Shown here piece after piece: positions 19,256-29,128 of a stretch of DNA of 44,818 nt. Below the pieces are notes generated by a model. That model did not search any database and was not told where the DNA came from. It saw only the letters and a list, made by a program, of their open reading frames with translations. The first letter of the stretch is position 1. Each line of letters starts with the position of its first letter. Both the position numbers and the translations under genes were made by a program. The DNA is from a bacterium (GTDB lineage: Bacteria > Bacillota > Clostridia > Peptostreptococcales > Anaerovoracaceae), in assembly GCA_963627215.1 (NCBI GenBank), contig CAVGAH010000001.1:1-44818 (forward strand). Direction: 5' to 3'.

Positions 19256-19356
19256 ATTTTCCACCTTTAAACTTACATATCCTGTTTCCGCTATTTCTTT
19301 TGCCTGATTTGTCTGGTATGCTTCGCTACGCTCTGCATCGTCTGACCGGCTCTGCA

Positions 19357-20178
19357 CTATCGTATCGGCCACGGCTCCGCAGCCTTTTTTATCATAAGAT
19401 CACGGTCAAAATATACCTCTGCCATGTAAAGCCCCTGCGGCGGTGCTGTATGCCCCGCACGCTGCCTGTCACAGCCCGCTATTATGCCCGGCACATCCTC
19501 CGGTGCTATGCGCCCCAGCCCTACATCAACAAGCGTTCCTGCTATTATCCTTACCATATTGTACAGAAATCCGTCGCCCGTAACTGAAATATTCAATTCA
19601 CGGCATCCCTCAAAGCTCCGCGCCTCTATATTCACACCGAATATAGTCCTTACAGTTGTTTCCTGCGGCGTGCTTCCCATCGCCATAAAAGCTTCAAAAT
19701 CACGCTTTCCCGGAAAGGCCTCCGCTGCTTTTTTCATAGCATCTATATCAAGCTGCTTCTTCACATGATATCTGTAATTACGCAGGAATACCGGCATCGT
19801 TTCAGCATTGTATATACGGTACACATACGTCTTGCCCTCGGCGCTGAAGCGCGCATGAAAACCCTCAGGGACTTCTTCTGCATAAATTATCCTTATCGGG
19901 CCGCCCTTCTGGCGGCTGTCGGCCAGTATATCGTTTGCGGCTTTTACGAGCCTGTCTGTCGGTATACCGAAATCACCGCTGAATGTCGCACACTGTCCGA
20001 GCGCATGCACGCCTGCATCTGTGCGTCCTGTGCCGTCTATACTCACAGCCTGTCCGCACAGCCTCGAAAGTGTTTCCTCCAGCTCGTCCTGAACTGTACG
20101 CACCTCAGGCTGCGGCTGGCGCTGCCATCCTGAAAACTCAGTACCGTCGTATTCTATTTTCAGAAGGATATTTCTCAT
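19357..20178 (-). CDS. truA: tRNA pseudouridine(38-40) synthase TruA
   Basis: Starts [21 protein letters not shown] and carries the catalytic [10 protein letters not shown] chose the ATG at 20178 over the upstream ATG at 20226. Confidence 0.93.
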   Translation of the reverse strand: MRNILLKIEYDGTEFSGWQRQPQPEVRTVQDELEETLSRLCGQAVSIDGTGRTDAGVHALGQCATFSGDFGIPTDRLVKAANDILADSRQKGGPIRIIYAEEVPEGFHARFSAEGKTYVYRIYNAETMPVFLRNYRYHVKKQLDIDAMKKAAEAFPGKRDFEAFMAMGSTPQETTVRTIFGVNIEARSFEGCRELNISVTGDGFLYNMVRIIAGTLVDVGLGRIAPEDVPGIIAGCDRQRAGHTAPPQGLYMAEVYFDRDLMIKKAAEPWPIR

Positions 20179-20387
20179 TTTTGACTGCTCCCTGAAAATG
20201 CCCGTAATTAATAGGTAGTATACCATTTTATTGATTTATAATCAATCTTTGTGTACGCAGCATACTTCTTGCGCTTTTTTTCGGGTAAAAAATGTGTTAT
20301 TATCTTTGTTGGACTTTTTATGGGCGCCGCGAGGCGCGGAAATACTTAAATTATTATTAAAAGCTTATTATCAAGGAGGAATTATTT

Positions 20388-20924
20388 ATGAATTCACGTA
20401 ATGATTCGGTTCAGAAGATAGTCATCGGCGGACTGCTTGCTGCTGTCGTATTTGTAGTAACATGTCTCAGCTTTCCTAACGGAGCAGGCGGATACACTCA
20501 TCTCGGCGACGCTATGATAGTTCTCACTGTAATGTTTGTCGGCGGCAGACGCGGAGCACTTTCAGCAGGTCTCGGCGCAATGCTCTCAGACCTTATCCTC
20601 GGATTCCCTATGTGGGCGCCTATCTCTCTCGTATCAAAGGCTGTAATGGCTCTCGTTATAGGTGCGATACTCAGCTCACAGCTTTTCGGCCTCCGCGGAA
20701 GAGCTCGCTGGTTCGTTGCCGTACTTGCCGGTATCATAGTTGAAGCTGTATTTTACACCGCTGCGGGATATTGCCTTGAGGGCGGCGCAGGCGGCGCTAT
20801 CGCTGAAGCGAGCGGCATGGCTATCCAGGGCGGACTTGCTGTCGTAGTCGGACTTATCCTTTCTGAAGCGCTTCAGAAAAGCCCGCTCAAAAATACTATG
20901 ATGCACCATACATCTGACAATTAG
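20388..20924 (+). CDS. ECF transporter S-component (substrate unknown)
   Basis: 178 aa with about 5-6 TM helices, a GYTHLGDAMIV motif and the Gly-rich helices typical of ECF S-components. AAGGAGG precedes the ATG. Confidence 0.7.
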   Translation: MNSRNDSVQKIVIGGLLAAVVFVVTCLSFPNGAGGYTHLGDAMIVLTVMFVGGRRGALSAGLGAMLSDLILGFPMWAPISLVSKAVMALVIGAILSSQLFGLRGRARWFVAVLAGIIVEAVFYTAAGYCLEGGAGGAIAEASGMAIQGGLAVVVGLILSEALQKSPLKNTMMHHTSDN

Positions 20925-20963
20925 TCAGACTGACGAAATTTAACATTTCTGACATCAATGATG

Positions 20964-20990
20964 GCGGCCGTTTTTACCGGTCGCTTTTTT
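20964..20990 (+). terminator. intrinsic terminator of the S-component gene
   Basis: Stem GCGGCCG/CGGTCGC (7 bp, one G-U pair), loop TTTTTAC, followed by TTTTTT. Confidence 0.75.
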
Positions 20991-21008
20991 AACGTTTTCA
21001 ATCCATTT

Positions 21009-21043
21009 AAAAAGCTCCGGCGGGATAAGACCTTGCCGGAGCT
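21009..21043 (-). terminator. intrinsic terminator of the aminotransferase gene (convergent, partly bidirectional)
   Basis: 9-bp stem AGCTCCGGC/GCCGGAGCT. A U-run follows on the minus strand and TTATTTT on the plus strand. Confidence 0.75.
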
Positions 21044-21105
21044 TTATTTTGCTTATTGATTTATTAACTTGTTAAGTGGTCATCGACCGCCGCATATTGC
21101 TCGGT

Positions 21106-22350
21106 CTAACCGTTTACACGCTTTATAGCTGCTGCGACCTTAGCAGGAACTATCCTGCAGGCATCCTCGCTTATAGCTGAAATAGCTATTCTTATACCGC
21201 CGCCGATAGCGATGGCAAATATATTATCCTTGAAAAGCTCTTCATTTACAGCATCATCATTTTCACATGGAATAGTGATGAAGAAGCCTGCGTTGAACGG
21301 GCATGTACGGAGTCCGGCTTCCTTTGCAGCTTCCTTGAAAACTCTGCATCTGCGTGAAAGGAGCTCTTCGTATTCCTTTCTTTCCTCAAATACTCTCGCA
21401 AGGAGTTCTTCGTTCTTAAACACCTTCGCAAGTGCAGTCTGACCTACTCTTACGCAGTTAGACCACGAGCCTCTGCTTGCAAAAGACGTAAAGTGCTTAA
21501 ACTCTGCCGCTATTTCCTTGTTTGGAGTCACGCATAACATAGCGCCTGTACGGAGACCATAGAATGTAAAGCCCTTTGATGAGCTGAAGCCTACTATAGT
21601 CAGGATATTTTCAGGCAGATTTCCAAACTTAGGCAGGAACTGACGCGCCTTGTCTGAATCGCCTGCAAAGTCGATATATGCTATATCAAGGAAGAATGTT
21701 ATCTTCTTTCCAGGCTTAGCGCAGCGCTTTAATATTTCGATTATCTTATCCCACGTTTCATCCGACGGAGAATATCCTGTAGGATTGTGAGCAGGAGCAT
21801 TGAATATCACGACCAGGCTGTCCTGAGCGTCAAGCAGCTCGTTTATCTTGTCTTCAAAATCCTTTAAATTGAATTCATCATTTTCATCAAACATCTGATA
21901 AGTAGCGATGTCGCGGCCGATCTCAGTTGCGATAGTCCTGTAAGGACTCCAGTACCAGTTTGATGTAAGGACCTTATCTCCCGGCTTTGAATAGCATGAG
22001 ATCGTATTTCTGATGGAGCCCGTACCGCCCGGTGTAGCGCACGCTTCGATGTAACCGTCAGGAACGTAATTTCCGAAAGCAGCAGTCTTTATGATGCTGA
22101 GAAAATCAGGTATTCCTGCTATAGGCGCGTACTCTGCGAACTGTGACGGCTCCATGTGTGTCAGCACATCGACCATAGATGAAAGTACTATAAGCTCACC
22201 GTTATCATCAAGAAGCGCTCCGATGGTAGCGTTTATAACATTTTCCTTACCGTATTCAGCGATAGCTGCCTTGGCCTTCTGGCTCACACTGAAGATCTTG
22301 TCTGCACCTGTGATCTCGCGGCCGTTTCCTTCTGCAAAGATGTAGTCCAT
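21106..22350 (-). CDS. PLP-dependent aminotransferase, AspC/TyrB (class I-alpha) type
   Basis: 414 aa with NAPAHNPTGYSP and the PLP-lysine context GFSSSKGFTFYGLRTGA, as in aspartate/aromatic aminotransferases. Confidence 0.88.
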   Translation of the reverse strand: MDYIFAEGNGREITGADKIFSVSQKAKAAIAEYGKENVINATIGALLDDNGELIVLSSMVDVLTHMEPSQFAEYAPIAGIPDFLSIIKTAAFGNYVPDGYIEACATPGGTGSIRNTISCYSKPGDKVLTSNWYWSPYRTIATEIGRDIATYQMFDENDEFNLKDFEDKINELLDAQDSLVVIFNAPAHNPTGYSPSDETWDKIIEILKRCAKPGKKITFFLDIAYIDFAGDSDKARQFLPKFGNLPENILTIVGFSSSKGFTFYGLRTGAMLCVTPNKEIAAEFKHFTSFASRGSWSNCVRVGQTALAKVFKNEELLARVFEERKEYEELLSRRCRVFKEAAKEAGLRTCPFNAGFFITIPCENDDAVNEELFKDNIFAIAIGGGIRIAISAISEDACRIVPAKVAAAIKRVNG

Positions 22351-22477
22351 AATTTTACCTCTTTTTCTATATTAAAATATCAACATTTTACACAATTTAC
22401 ATATTCAATTCCATCTTACGAATGCCTTATGCATTACGCCCGCCCGCGGGCCTGCACAGTGCGGCTTAGTTATCCGT

Positions 22478-22506
22478 ATTATAGTCCTAATTGTATACAA
22501 ATTCAA
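22478..22506 (-). promoter_or_regulatory. consensus-like sigma-A promoter for the aminotransferase
   Basis: On the minus strand: TTGAAT (22506-22501), 17-nt spacer, TATAAT (22483-22478). This leaves an untranslated leader of about 120 nt. Confidence 0.6.
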
Positions 22507-22661
22507 CAACAAAAAACGCTTATCACAAAAATAACTGAGCATTGTTTAAATACGCACGTCAAAAAATCGGTAAAAAATCCCATATAAACACAATTTTAAA
22601 GTGCTTCACGCGGTATTAGAAAATGATATCGCGGCAACAATATTATCGGAGGTGAAATCAA

Positions 22662-23387
22662 ATGAAGAACATGAACGGAAAAAACTCCGGTATTTTTTCA
22701 GGCGCAAATGCCGCCCGCATCATCGTCGCACTCATATGCCTGTGTCTTATAGGCGGGCTCATGATATACAGCTTTCAGAGCGCTCTCGACAGAAATGAAG
22801 CGGAGAGCGGCTCCGTAAATGATATCAATGATATCAATGATGTAAATGATGTAAACGGTGCTGACAATCGGACAGACCTCAGCGTTTCAAGTAACATACC
22901 GGTAACTGACAGCGCCGGAACAGCAGACAGTGCAGGAGCGGGCGCGAACGAAAAAAGCACTGATAAAGACAATGTTCAGGAAAACATTGCAGTAATGCCT
23001 GCTGAGGGCAACATCATAAGAGATTATTCTGGCGAGGGTCTCGTCTATTCAGAGACGCTCAACCAGTATCTCGCGCATAAAGCAGTAGACATCGGTGCTC
23101 CCGTCGGCACAGATGTCATAGCAGTCGAATCGGGTACTGTCATAGCCGTAGATGATGACGACCGCTACGGTCTGACAGTGACGCTCTCACACGGCAACAG
23201 TCTTGAAACAAGTTATGCCAACCTCGCAGAAGCTTCAGTAGCTGAGGGCGATGTAGTAAACAAGGGCGATAAGCTCGGAACTGTAGGTCAGGGTTCACTT
23301 TTTGAATCAGCCGATGATCCTCATCTGCATTTTGCAGCTCACCGGAACGGCGAAGCCGTTGACCCTCATAAGCTCTGGAACTGGTAA
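22662..23387 (+). CDS. membrane-anchored M23 (LytM-type) metallopeptidase
   Basis: GGAGGTG lies 7 nt before the ATG. One N-terminal TM helix, a low-complexity linker, an HxxxD motif (AHKAVDIG) and an HxH motif (PHLHFAAH). Confidence 0.88.
   Translation: MKNMNGKNSGIFSGANAARIIVALICLCLIGGLMIYSFQSALDRNEAESGSVNDINDINDVNDVNGADNRTDLSVSSNIPVTDSAGTADSAGAGANEKSTDKDNVQENIAVMPAEGNIIRDYSGEGLVYSETLNQYLAHKAVDIGAPVGTDVIAVESGTVIAVDDDDRYGLTVTLSHGNSLETSYANLAEASVAEGDVVNKGDKLGTVGQGSLFESADDPHLHFAAHRNGEAVDPHKLWNW
22818..22853 (+). repeat. in-frame 9-nt tandem repeat (AATGATATC x2, AATGATGTA x2)
   Basis: Read directly from the sequence; it encodes NDINDINDVNDV in the M23 peptidase linker. Confidence 0.9.
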
Positions 23388-23446
23388 AAGACCCGGCAGC
23401 TCTTACAGCTCATACCTTAAATATCCTGCCATCTCAAAAACAGCCG

Positions 23447-23486
23447 AACGGACCTTAGGCATTACACCATAAGGTCCGTTTTTTCT
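23447..23486 (+). terminator. intrinsic terminator of the M23 peptidase gene (overlaps the 3' end of the convergent yhgE-like gene)
   Basis: 11-bp stem AACGGACCTTA/TAAGGTCCGTT followed by TTTTTT. Confidence 0.8.
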
Positions 23487-25108
23487 TTGCTTTCTTCTAT
23501 TATTTCGTTAAGACGTTCAAACGGTTTGTGGAGCGCTATTCCCAGAATAAGCGCCACTCCTGCGAATATCAGAAGCTTTGCCAGATATATCCAGTAGTCA
23601 TTTTCGTACATACCGCTTACACATTCACGTAAAGCGTTCATCGCATAATTGAACGGCATGAATTTATATATATTCTGGAATACCTGCGGCAGCAGCTCTA
23701 CAGCAAACGTTCCGCCTGCTCCGGCCACCTGTATTACCATTATGACTACGGCCACAGCCTCTCCGACGTTTCCGAGCGCAAATGTCAGCGCGTATATGAA
23801 CAGCGTAAACACAAAGCTCATGACCGCTGCTGCGAGCCAGTATAAAAACGGATGCAGGCACTGTATCTGCAGATAGAACAGATTTCCCATAATGCATATG
23901 ATAGTCTGTATCTGCCCCGCTAAAAAGAATATTGCGTACCTTCCGAAGAATTTCTGATACGCCCACAGCTTTTCACCGCTTTCCAGCGGATGCACCTTAG
24001 TCCTCAGTATAGCTACGAGTATGAGCGCGCCTATCCAGATAGCAAGCGTCGTATAGAACGACGACATCATAGATCCGTTGTTTGCTGTTTCATATATCGG
24101 AACTGTATTTACGTTTACAAGATCTGACAGATAAGTTCCGAATTCCTCAGGGCTGTTTTTCAGCATCGTTAATACCTTATCGACTTCTTCGCTGTTCTGG
24201 AGCTCGTCAACATTGTCTATCGCAGTATCTATATCGCTCTGAAGATCCTCCAGAAGCGCTATCGTATCGCCTATAGTTCCGTTGCCCTGCTGTATAACGT
24301 CTATATAATCCTCTATGCGGACATTTGCCTTCTGAAGCCCGGAAAGAGTTATCGCTCCGGATACCTGTTCAGCAAAATCACGCTGCACATCAGATACTAT
24401 CTTTTCTGAAAGAGTTATGGTACTCTGCAGTGCGGATGTTGCTGTATCCGAAGTTTTTTGGACAGCTCTCAGCGTATCTATGTTTGTCTGCAGACCGCTC
24501 TTCATATCATTCAGTCTTGACTTTGTTTCAGCGGCATAATCGTTATCTTCATCGGCGTTCTTAAGAAATTCTGCAGCATTCAGCGAAATCTCGGCTATCT
24601 TTCCGAATACTTCACTGTTTATCTGATTTTTAAGTGCCGTCTGCGCCTTTGACGTTATCTTAGTCGCTATGGCGTTCTTCTTTTCATTCTCGTAGAACTG
24701 TATCTTGCCGCCGTCAAGATCACCGTTTATTATTCCTGCTACTCCCGCAGAAAAGTCCTCCGGTATTATTACAGCCGCATAATATTTTCCGCTGTATACT
24801 CCGTTTACAGCATCTCTTGAGCTGTCCTCTATCGTCCATCCTATAGTAGTTTCAGTCTTAAGAGTATCTACTATCGAATCTCCCATATTCAGATTGAGAT
24901 TACCGAGATTGTAACCCTTATCCTCTGAATAAACAGCAACCTTGAGGTTATGCGTTGACTCCGTTCCGTAAGGATCCCAGTTTGAGCCTATATTGAACCA
25001 TGCGTAAAGCGACGGGAGCAGGCAGAGGCCTAGCAGGATAACTATCGCGACTACGTTCATTTTTATATTTTTAAAATCTCTTTTTATTATCTTAAAAATG
25101 TTTTTCAT
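23462..25108 (-). CDS. YhgE/Pip domain membrane protein (548 aa)
   Basis: N-terminal TM plus the LPSLYAWFNIGSNWDPYG signature, a long helical extracellular region and a C-terminal ABC-2-like TM bundle. Confidence 0.88.
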   Translation of the reverse strand: MKNIFKIIKRDFKNIKMNVVAIVILLGLCLLPSLYAWFNIGSNWDPYGTESTHNLKVAVYSEDKGYNLGNLNLNMGDSIVDTLKTETTIGWTIEDSSRDAVNGVYSGKYYAAVIIPEDFSAGVAGIINGDLDGGKIQFYENEKKNAIATKITSKAQTALKNQINSEVFGKIAEISLNAAEFLKNADEDNDYAAETKSRLNDMKSGLQTNIDTLRAVQKTSDTATSALQSTITLSEKIVSDVQRDFAEQVSGAITLSGLQKANVRIEDYIDVIQQGNGTIGDTIALLEDLQSDIDTAIDNVDELQNSEEVDKVLTMLKNSPEEFGTYLSDLVNVNTVPIYETANNGSMMSSFYTTLAIWIGALILVAILRTKVHPLESGEKLWAYQKFFGRYAIFFLAGQIQTIICIMGNLFYLQIQCLHPFLYWLAAAVMSFVFTLFIYALTFALGNVGEAVAVVIMVIQVAGAGGTFAVELLPQVFQNIYKFMPFNYAMNALRECVSGMYENDYWIYLAKLLIFAGVALILGIALHKPFERLNEIIEESKEKTDLMV

Positions 25109-25113
25109 CTGCG

Positions 25114-25584
25114 TTATTCCTCTGCATGTTCTTCTTTTTTCATCTCGCGGTCGAGCTCTTTGTCTTTTTTACTGCTGCTGTCGCATGCCGCTGCCGCTGT
25201 TATCGCGTGCATTTCTTCAAATGAGCGGCCCGTCACATTCGCTACCATTTTATCGACCTTGAAGTCCATATATTCCACATATATCAGATATCCCGATATG
25301 AGAAACATCGATATGACCCACAGCACCAGAAATATTATCCTGTCGCTGCCCGTCATGAGCAGGAGTATCAGAAATATCAGCGGTACTATGAGCAGGCACC
25401 TTATACCTGCCCTTATCCGTCTGCGGTTAGTTATATGAAACTCATTTCTGTATTTTTCTATGCGTGCCAGCATTGCACTTTCGCCGGCATTCTGAGCAGC
25501 ATCTGTGTCTGCAGCCGGGGCTGCGCCGTTTTCAGATTCATTAATATTGGAATTATTATTCATTTCATCATTCACGCTGCTCAC
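25114..25584 (-). CDS. hypothetical 2-TM membrane protein
   Basis: ORF packed between the two YhgE/Pip genes with gaps of 4-5 nt. It has an Asn/Ala-rich N-terminus, two hydrophobic helices and an acidic/Lys-rich tail. The start is ambiguous: GTG at 25584, GTG at 25575 (best spaced from GGGAGG) or ATG at 25563. Confidence 0.6.
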   Translation of the reverse strand: MSSVNDEMNNNSNINESENGAAPAADTDAAQNAGESAMLARIEKYRNEFHITNRRRIRAGIRCLLIVPLIFLILLLMTGSDRIIFLVLWVISMFLISGYLIYVEYMDFKVDKMVANVTGRSFEEMHAITAAAACDSSSKKDKELDREMKKEEHAEE

Positions 25585-25588
25585 CTCC

Positions 25589-27721
25589 CTACATCAGTCC
25601 TGTATCCCTCATGCGCTGCTGCATGAAGTTCTTTACGCCGATAAACGGCATCCTTATAACGAGCCCAAGCAGGAGCGCGCCTGCTGCAAATGCCAGCAGC
25701 TGAAGCATGCATACGACATAATCATTTTCGTAATATCCGAACATACACTCACGCATTGCGTTTATAGCGTAAGGGAACGGGAAGAATACGTACACCTTCC
25801 GGAAGAACTCAGGAAGGACTTCTATAGGGTACGTTCCGCTCGAGCCTGCTATCTGAAGGACCATGATAACTACGAGCATTGCCTTGCCGACGTCGGCGAA
25901 CGCGAGCGTCACCGCGTAGCACAGCAGCATGAATGTAAAGCTCGTAATAACTCCCGTCAGGAACATCCGTCCCGGATGCATGCATTGTGTTTTAAGGATA
26001 TATATGTTTCCTATATAAATTATTACCCACTGTAGCTGGCCGAGTAGGCATAATATTCCAAACCTTCCAAAGAACAGCTGATACGGACGCGGATTTTTCA
26101 GTCCTTCCGTAGAAGGAGTTATCTTCATAAGCGCCAGCAGGAATATGCAGCCTACCCAAAGTGCCAGCGTAGTATAGAACGGCGCCACGCCTGAGCCGTA
26201 ATTGTCTACAGGATAAACAGCGCTCGACTCTATCTCTACCGGCTCTGCGAGGAATTTTCCGTATCCCTCAGGGTCGCCGTGCATGAAATCAAGCAGCTTC
26301 TGAAGCAGCTCACGTTCAGTCAGCGCGTTTAATTCGTCCTTGAGATCTTCAAGATCGTTTGATATGTCGTCGAGTGACTGAGATGTATTTGACATAACAC
26401 CGTTCAGGTCACTCACGCTCTGTCTCGTGCCCGACACTATCTGACGCATCACAGCAATATCCTCAGAGATGCTTCCGAGCGCCTTTGAACCGTCCTCAAG
26501 TGCGCTGTCTATAGTATCTACAGCATCCTCCACGGCAGGCAGTATCGTATTATTATATGAATCGCGCAGCCTGTCTATCTTATTCTGAAGCGTTCTGTCC
26601 AGACGATTCAGTCCGGAGTCTATATCTCCGCTTATGTCGTCCATAAGGTCAAGTATCGTATTTATATCGCTCACCTGAGACTGCAGCTTTGTTATTATCC
26701 TGTTTACCTTATTCTGAAGCAGATGCGTATTAGGCTTCAGCTTTGACAGCGAATCTATCATGCTGTTAAGCTTGCTGCGGATATTTCTCAGATCTCCCTC
26801 TACCATCGCGTAAGCGTCTTCCTTTTCTGAAGATGAGCTTGCATTCTGAAGTCTGTCTACAGCATCCTGCAGATCTTTCAGATCATCATCTACATTAGAC
26901 GCTATTTTATTCATGTCATCAAGGATGCCTGATGCGCTCTTATCTGCAAGGTTATCGCTTGCCGTTCCTGCCTTAGCCTGCAGTGAGTCGAGGTCTGCGT
27001 CAGCGTCCTGGAGCGAGGTGTTCAGGCGCTCGTCTGCAGCGGTCAGCGATGTGAGCAGCAGCTTATATGATTTTATATTGTCATTTACATCGTCTATTCT
27101 AGAAGAAAATGTATTTATAAGTTTAGGCGTATCTCCTTCAGCAGATGAAGAAGTATCATCCATTATCTTGTCTTCTATCTTGTCGGCATCCTCGAAAAGC
27201 GTGCTTACGACTATTTCCACATACATCTGGTCTATGCTGTTTTTCAGCGTCGATACAGCCGTATCTGTTATCTTTGTCGCTACAGCATTTTTCTTTTCAT
27301 TTTCATAATACGTAATAGTCGGCTGCTTAAGTCCGTCCATGAAGCCGTGATACATATTCTGTGAAAAGTCCTCAGCAAGTACTACGGCAGCGTAATATTC
27401 TCCGCTTTTTACTCCCTTTACCGCTTTTTTTGACGAATCGAGGAATACCCAGTCTATAGAATCATTATCTTTAAGCGAGTCTATTACCTCGTCACCCGCA
27501 TCATAAAATTCACCCGTATCCTCGTCGGTCCAGCCGATGTCCTCTGAAGCTACAGCTATCTTTACGTTAGAAGAATTTCCGTATGGATCCCAGTTTGAAT
27601 AAATATTGAACCACGCATACAACGGCGGCAGTATACACAGCCCGACCGCTATTACAAGCGGGAAAAAGTGCGTCAGCAGCGCTTTTATATCGCGCTTCAT
27701 TATCGTTAAAATATTATGCAT
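25589..27721 (-). CDS. YhgE/Pip domain membrane protein (about 710 aa)
   Basis: LPPLYAWFNIYSNWDPYG signature, a helical repeat-like ectodomain of about 400 aa and a C-terminal multi-TM region paralogous to 23462..25108. I chose the ATG at 27721 (AAGGAAG upstream) over 27766. Confidence 0.88.
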   Translation of the reverse strand: MHNILTIMKRDIKALLTHFFPLVIAVGLCILPPLYAWFNIYSNWDPYGNSSNVKIAVASEDIGWTDEDTGEFYDAGDEVIDSLKDNDSIDWVFLDSSKKAVKGVKSGEYYAAVVLAEDFSQNMYHGFMDGLKQPTITYYENEKKNAVATKITDTAVSTLKNSIDQMYVEIVVSTLFEDADKIEDKIMDDTSSSAEGDTPKLINTFSSRIDDVNDNIKSYKLLLTSLTAADERLNTSLQDADADLDSLQAKAGTASDNLADKSASGILDDMNKIASNVDDDLKDLQDAVDRLQNASSSSEKEDAYAMVEGDLRNIRSKLNSMIDSLSKLKPNTHLLQNKVNRIITKLQSQVSDINTILDLMDDISGDIDSGLNRLDRTLQNKIDRLRDSYNNTILPAVEDAVDTIDSALEDGSKALGSISEDIAVMRQIVSGTRQSVSDLNGVMSNTSQSLDDISNDLEDLKDELNALTERELLQKLLDFMHGDPEGYGKFLAEPVEIESSAVYPVDNYGSGVAPFYTTLALWVGCIFLLALMKITPSTEGLKNPRPYQLFFGRFGILCLLGQLQWVIIYIGNIYILKTQCMHPGRMFLTGVITSFTFMLLCYAVTLAFADVGKAMLVVIMVLQIAGSSGTYPIEVLPEFFRKVYVFFPFPYAINAMRECMFGYYENDYVVCMLQLLAFAAGALLLGLVIRMPFIGVKNFMQQRMRDTGLM

Positions 27722-27873
27722 AGTCTTCCTTATATCATCCTTTACAAAAAACTGCTGCGCAGTCACAGCATTAAATATAGTATTTTACCATAATCGCAGC
27801 CGCCTGCGCAGCAAATTTCAGACTGAAACATAAATTTCTCATCCGATACAGTCTGATATATTTTGTTTATTTT

Positions 27874-28785
27874 TTACTCGTTAGACTCGCTGATCTGCAT
27901 TATCAGCTCGGTGAGCTTTACGTTTTCGTCCTCACTGTCTGAATTTGGGTCAGTCGGTTTTTTCTTTATATGCTTTCCGACGATCTCCGATACATCACTG
28001 ACAGTCATGAACGCTGCATAATCGTTTTCTTCTATTATTTTGCGTATAGCTGAGATTTCCATACGCGTAACCACGCAGTACATTATGGTCTTTTCGCCCG
28101 AGATAAGGCCCTCGCCCTTCATTATCGTCACTGTACGACCGAGCTGCTTGTATATATCGTCAGCTATCTTGCGACCCTCGTCAGTTATTATCATCACTGA
28201 TTTGCCCTGGTCGAGGCCTGTACTTATGTAATCTACTATCCTTGATGTTATGAAATAAGTCAGGAGACTGTACAGAGCACGGTCAAGTCCGAAAAGCATG
28301 CCTGCGACCATGTATATCACGCAGTTGCACATTAGAACGAACTGTCCTACGGAAAGCGACGTCTTTCTTGAAATAACTATCGCCACAGACTCCGTGCCGT
28401 CGAGGCATCCACCCATGCGGATGATAAGGCCTACGCCCAGACCGAGCATGACGCCGCCGAAAACTGTTGCGAGAAGTGCGTCGTTTGTTACGTTGTAGTG
28501 CCAGTGATTAAATATTTCAAGAAATACTGAGAATACTGCCATACCTACGGCAGTTCTCGGTATAAATTTCTTACCAAGCTGTTTTGCGCCTATCAATACA
28601 AATGGTATATTAAGACACACTGTAAGTATACTTAATGATATTGGCAGCAGGTTGCTTATTATCATGCTGATACCGACGATACCGCCGTCGAGTATCTTGT
28701 TTGGTACGAGGAATTCTTCGAGCGCAAATGCTGCTACTATTGCGCCCAGGATTATTCCCGTGTAACGTATTATACCTTCTTTCAT
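27874..28785 (-). CDS. YitT family membrane protein (with C-terminal DUF2179 domain)
   Basis: 303 aa with five TM helices containing the ILDGGIVG and GGCLDGTES motifs, followed by a soluble C-terminal domain typical of YitT/DUF2179 proteins. Confidence 0.88.
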   Translation of the reverse strand: MKEGIIRYTGIILGAIVAAFALEEFLVPNKILDGGIVGISMIISNLLPISLSILTVCLNIPFVLIGAKQLGKKFIPRTAVGMAVFSVFLEIFNHWHYNVTNDALLATVFGGVMLGLGVGLIIRMGGCLDGTESVAIVISRKTSLSVGQFVLMCNCVIYMVAGMLFGLDRALYSLLTYFITSRIVDYISTGLDQGKSVMIITDEGRKIADDIYKQLGRTVTIMKGEGLISGEKTIMYCVVTRMEISAIRKIIEENDYAAFMTVSDVSEIVGKHIKKKPTDPNSDSEDENVKLTELIMQISESNE

Positions 28786-28821
28786 TCTAATACACCTTCC
28801 TCTTGAATTATATATTGTAAA

Positions 28822-29010
28822 TACAGGACACCTCTGCTGCCTGCGAAATATACGTAACGCTTGAAGCCCTGCCCGTATCTCTGATACGGCGCGCAGGCCT
28901 CATACAGAAATTGCGCAGCTTTAGCTGCAATGTAATTTTTCAGTTCGTGGTGCAGGGAACTTCAACTACGCTCGTCTGCATGTCATCCCGCTTTTAGGGC
29001 GTCTTTTTGT
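28822..29010 (-). promoter_or_regulatory. conserved leader element, copy B (upstream of yitT-like gene), with a structured insertion of about 84 nt
   Basis: It has the same conserved blocks as 13331-13436. The short hairpin of copy A is replaced here by a branched insert: closing helix 28861-28872/28952-28965 and hairpins 28873-28889 and 28915-28928. Confidence 0.55.
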
Positions 29011-29128
29011 CTTAATAAAAATCAATGAACTATGCAACAGGCAAAAATTTCTTTTAATATCAATACCCGCTGTTTTTAAACACTAAACCCTTAAAATTAC
29101 GAATTTTTGAATATTACGTCAAAGGCAT

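Noticed and set aside
20227-20387. Possible riboswitch or attenuator upstream of the ECF S-component: a weak CGCAG/TTGCG hairpin plus T7 run at about 20256-20281, and the GCGCCGCGAGGCGCGG hairpin at about 20323-20338
   Set aside because: I could not match the region to the preQ1, TPP, THF, FMN, cobalamin or other vitamin riboswitch cores typical of S-component genes. The hairpin before the T-run is only 4-5 bp. It stays unresolved rather than being called.
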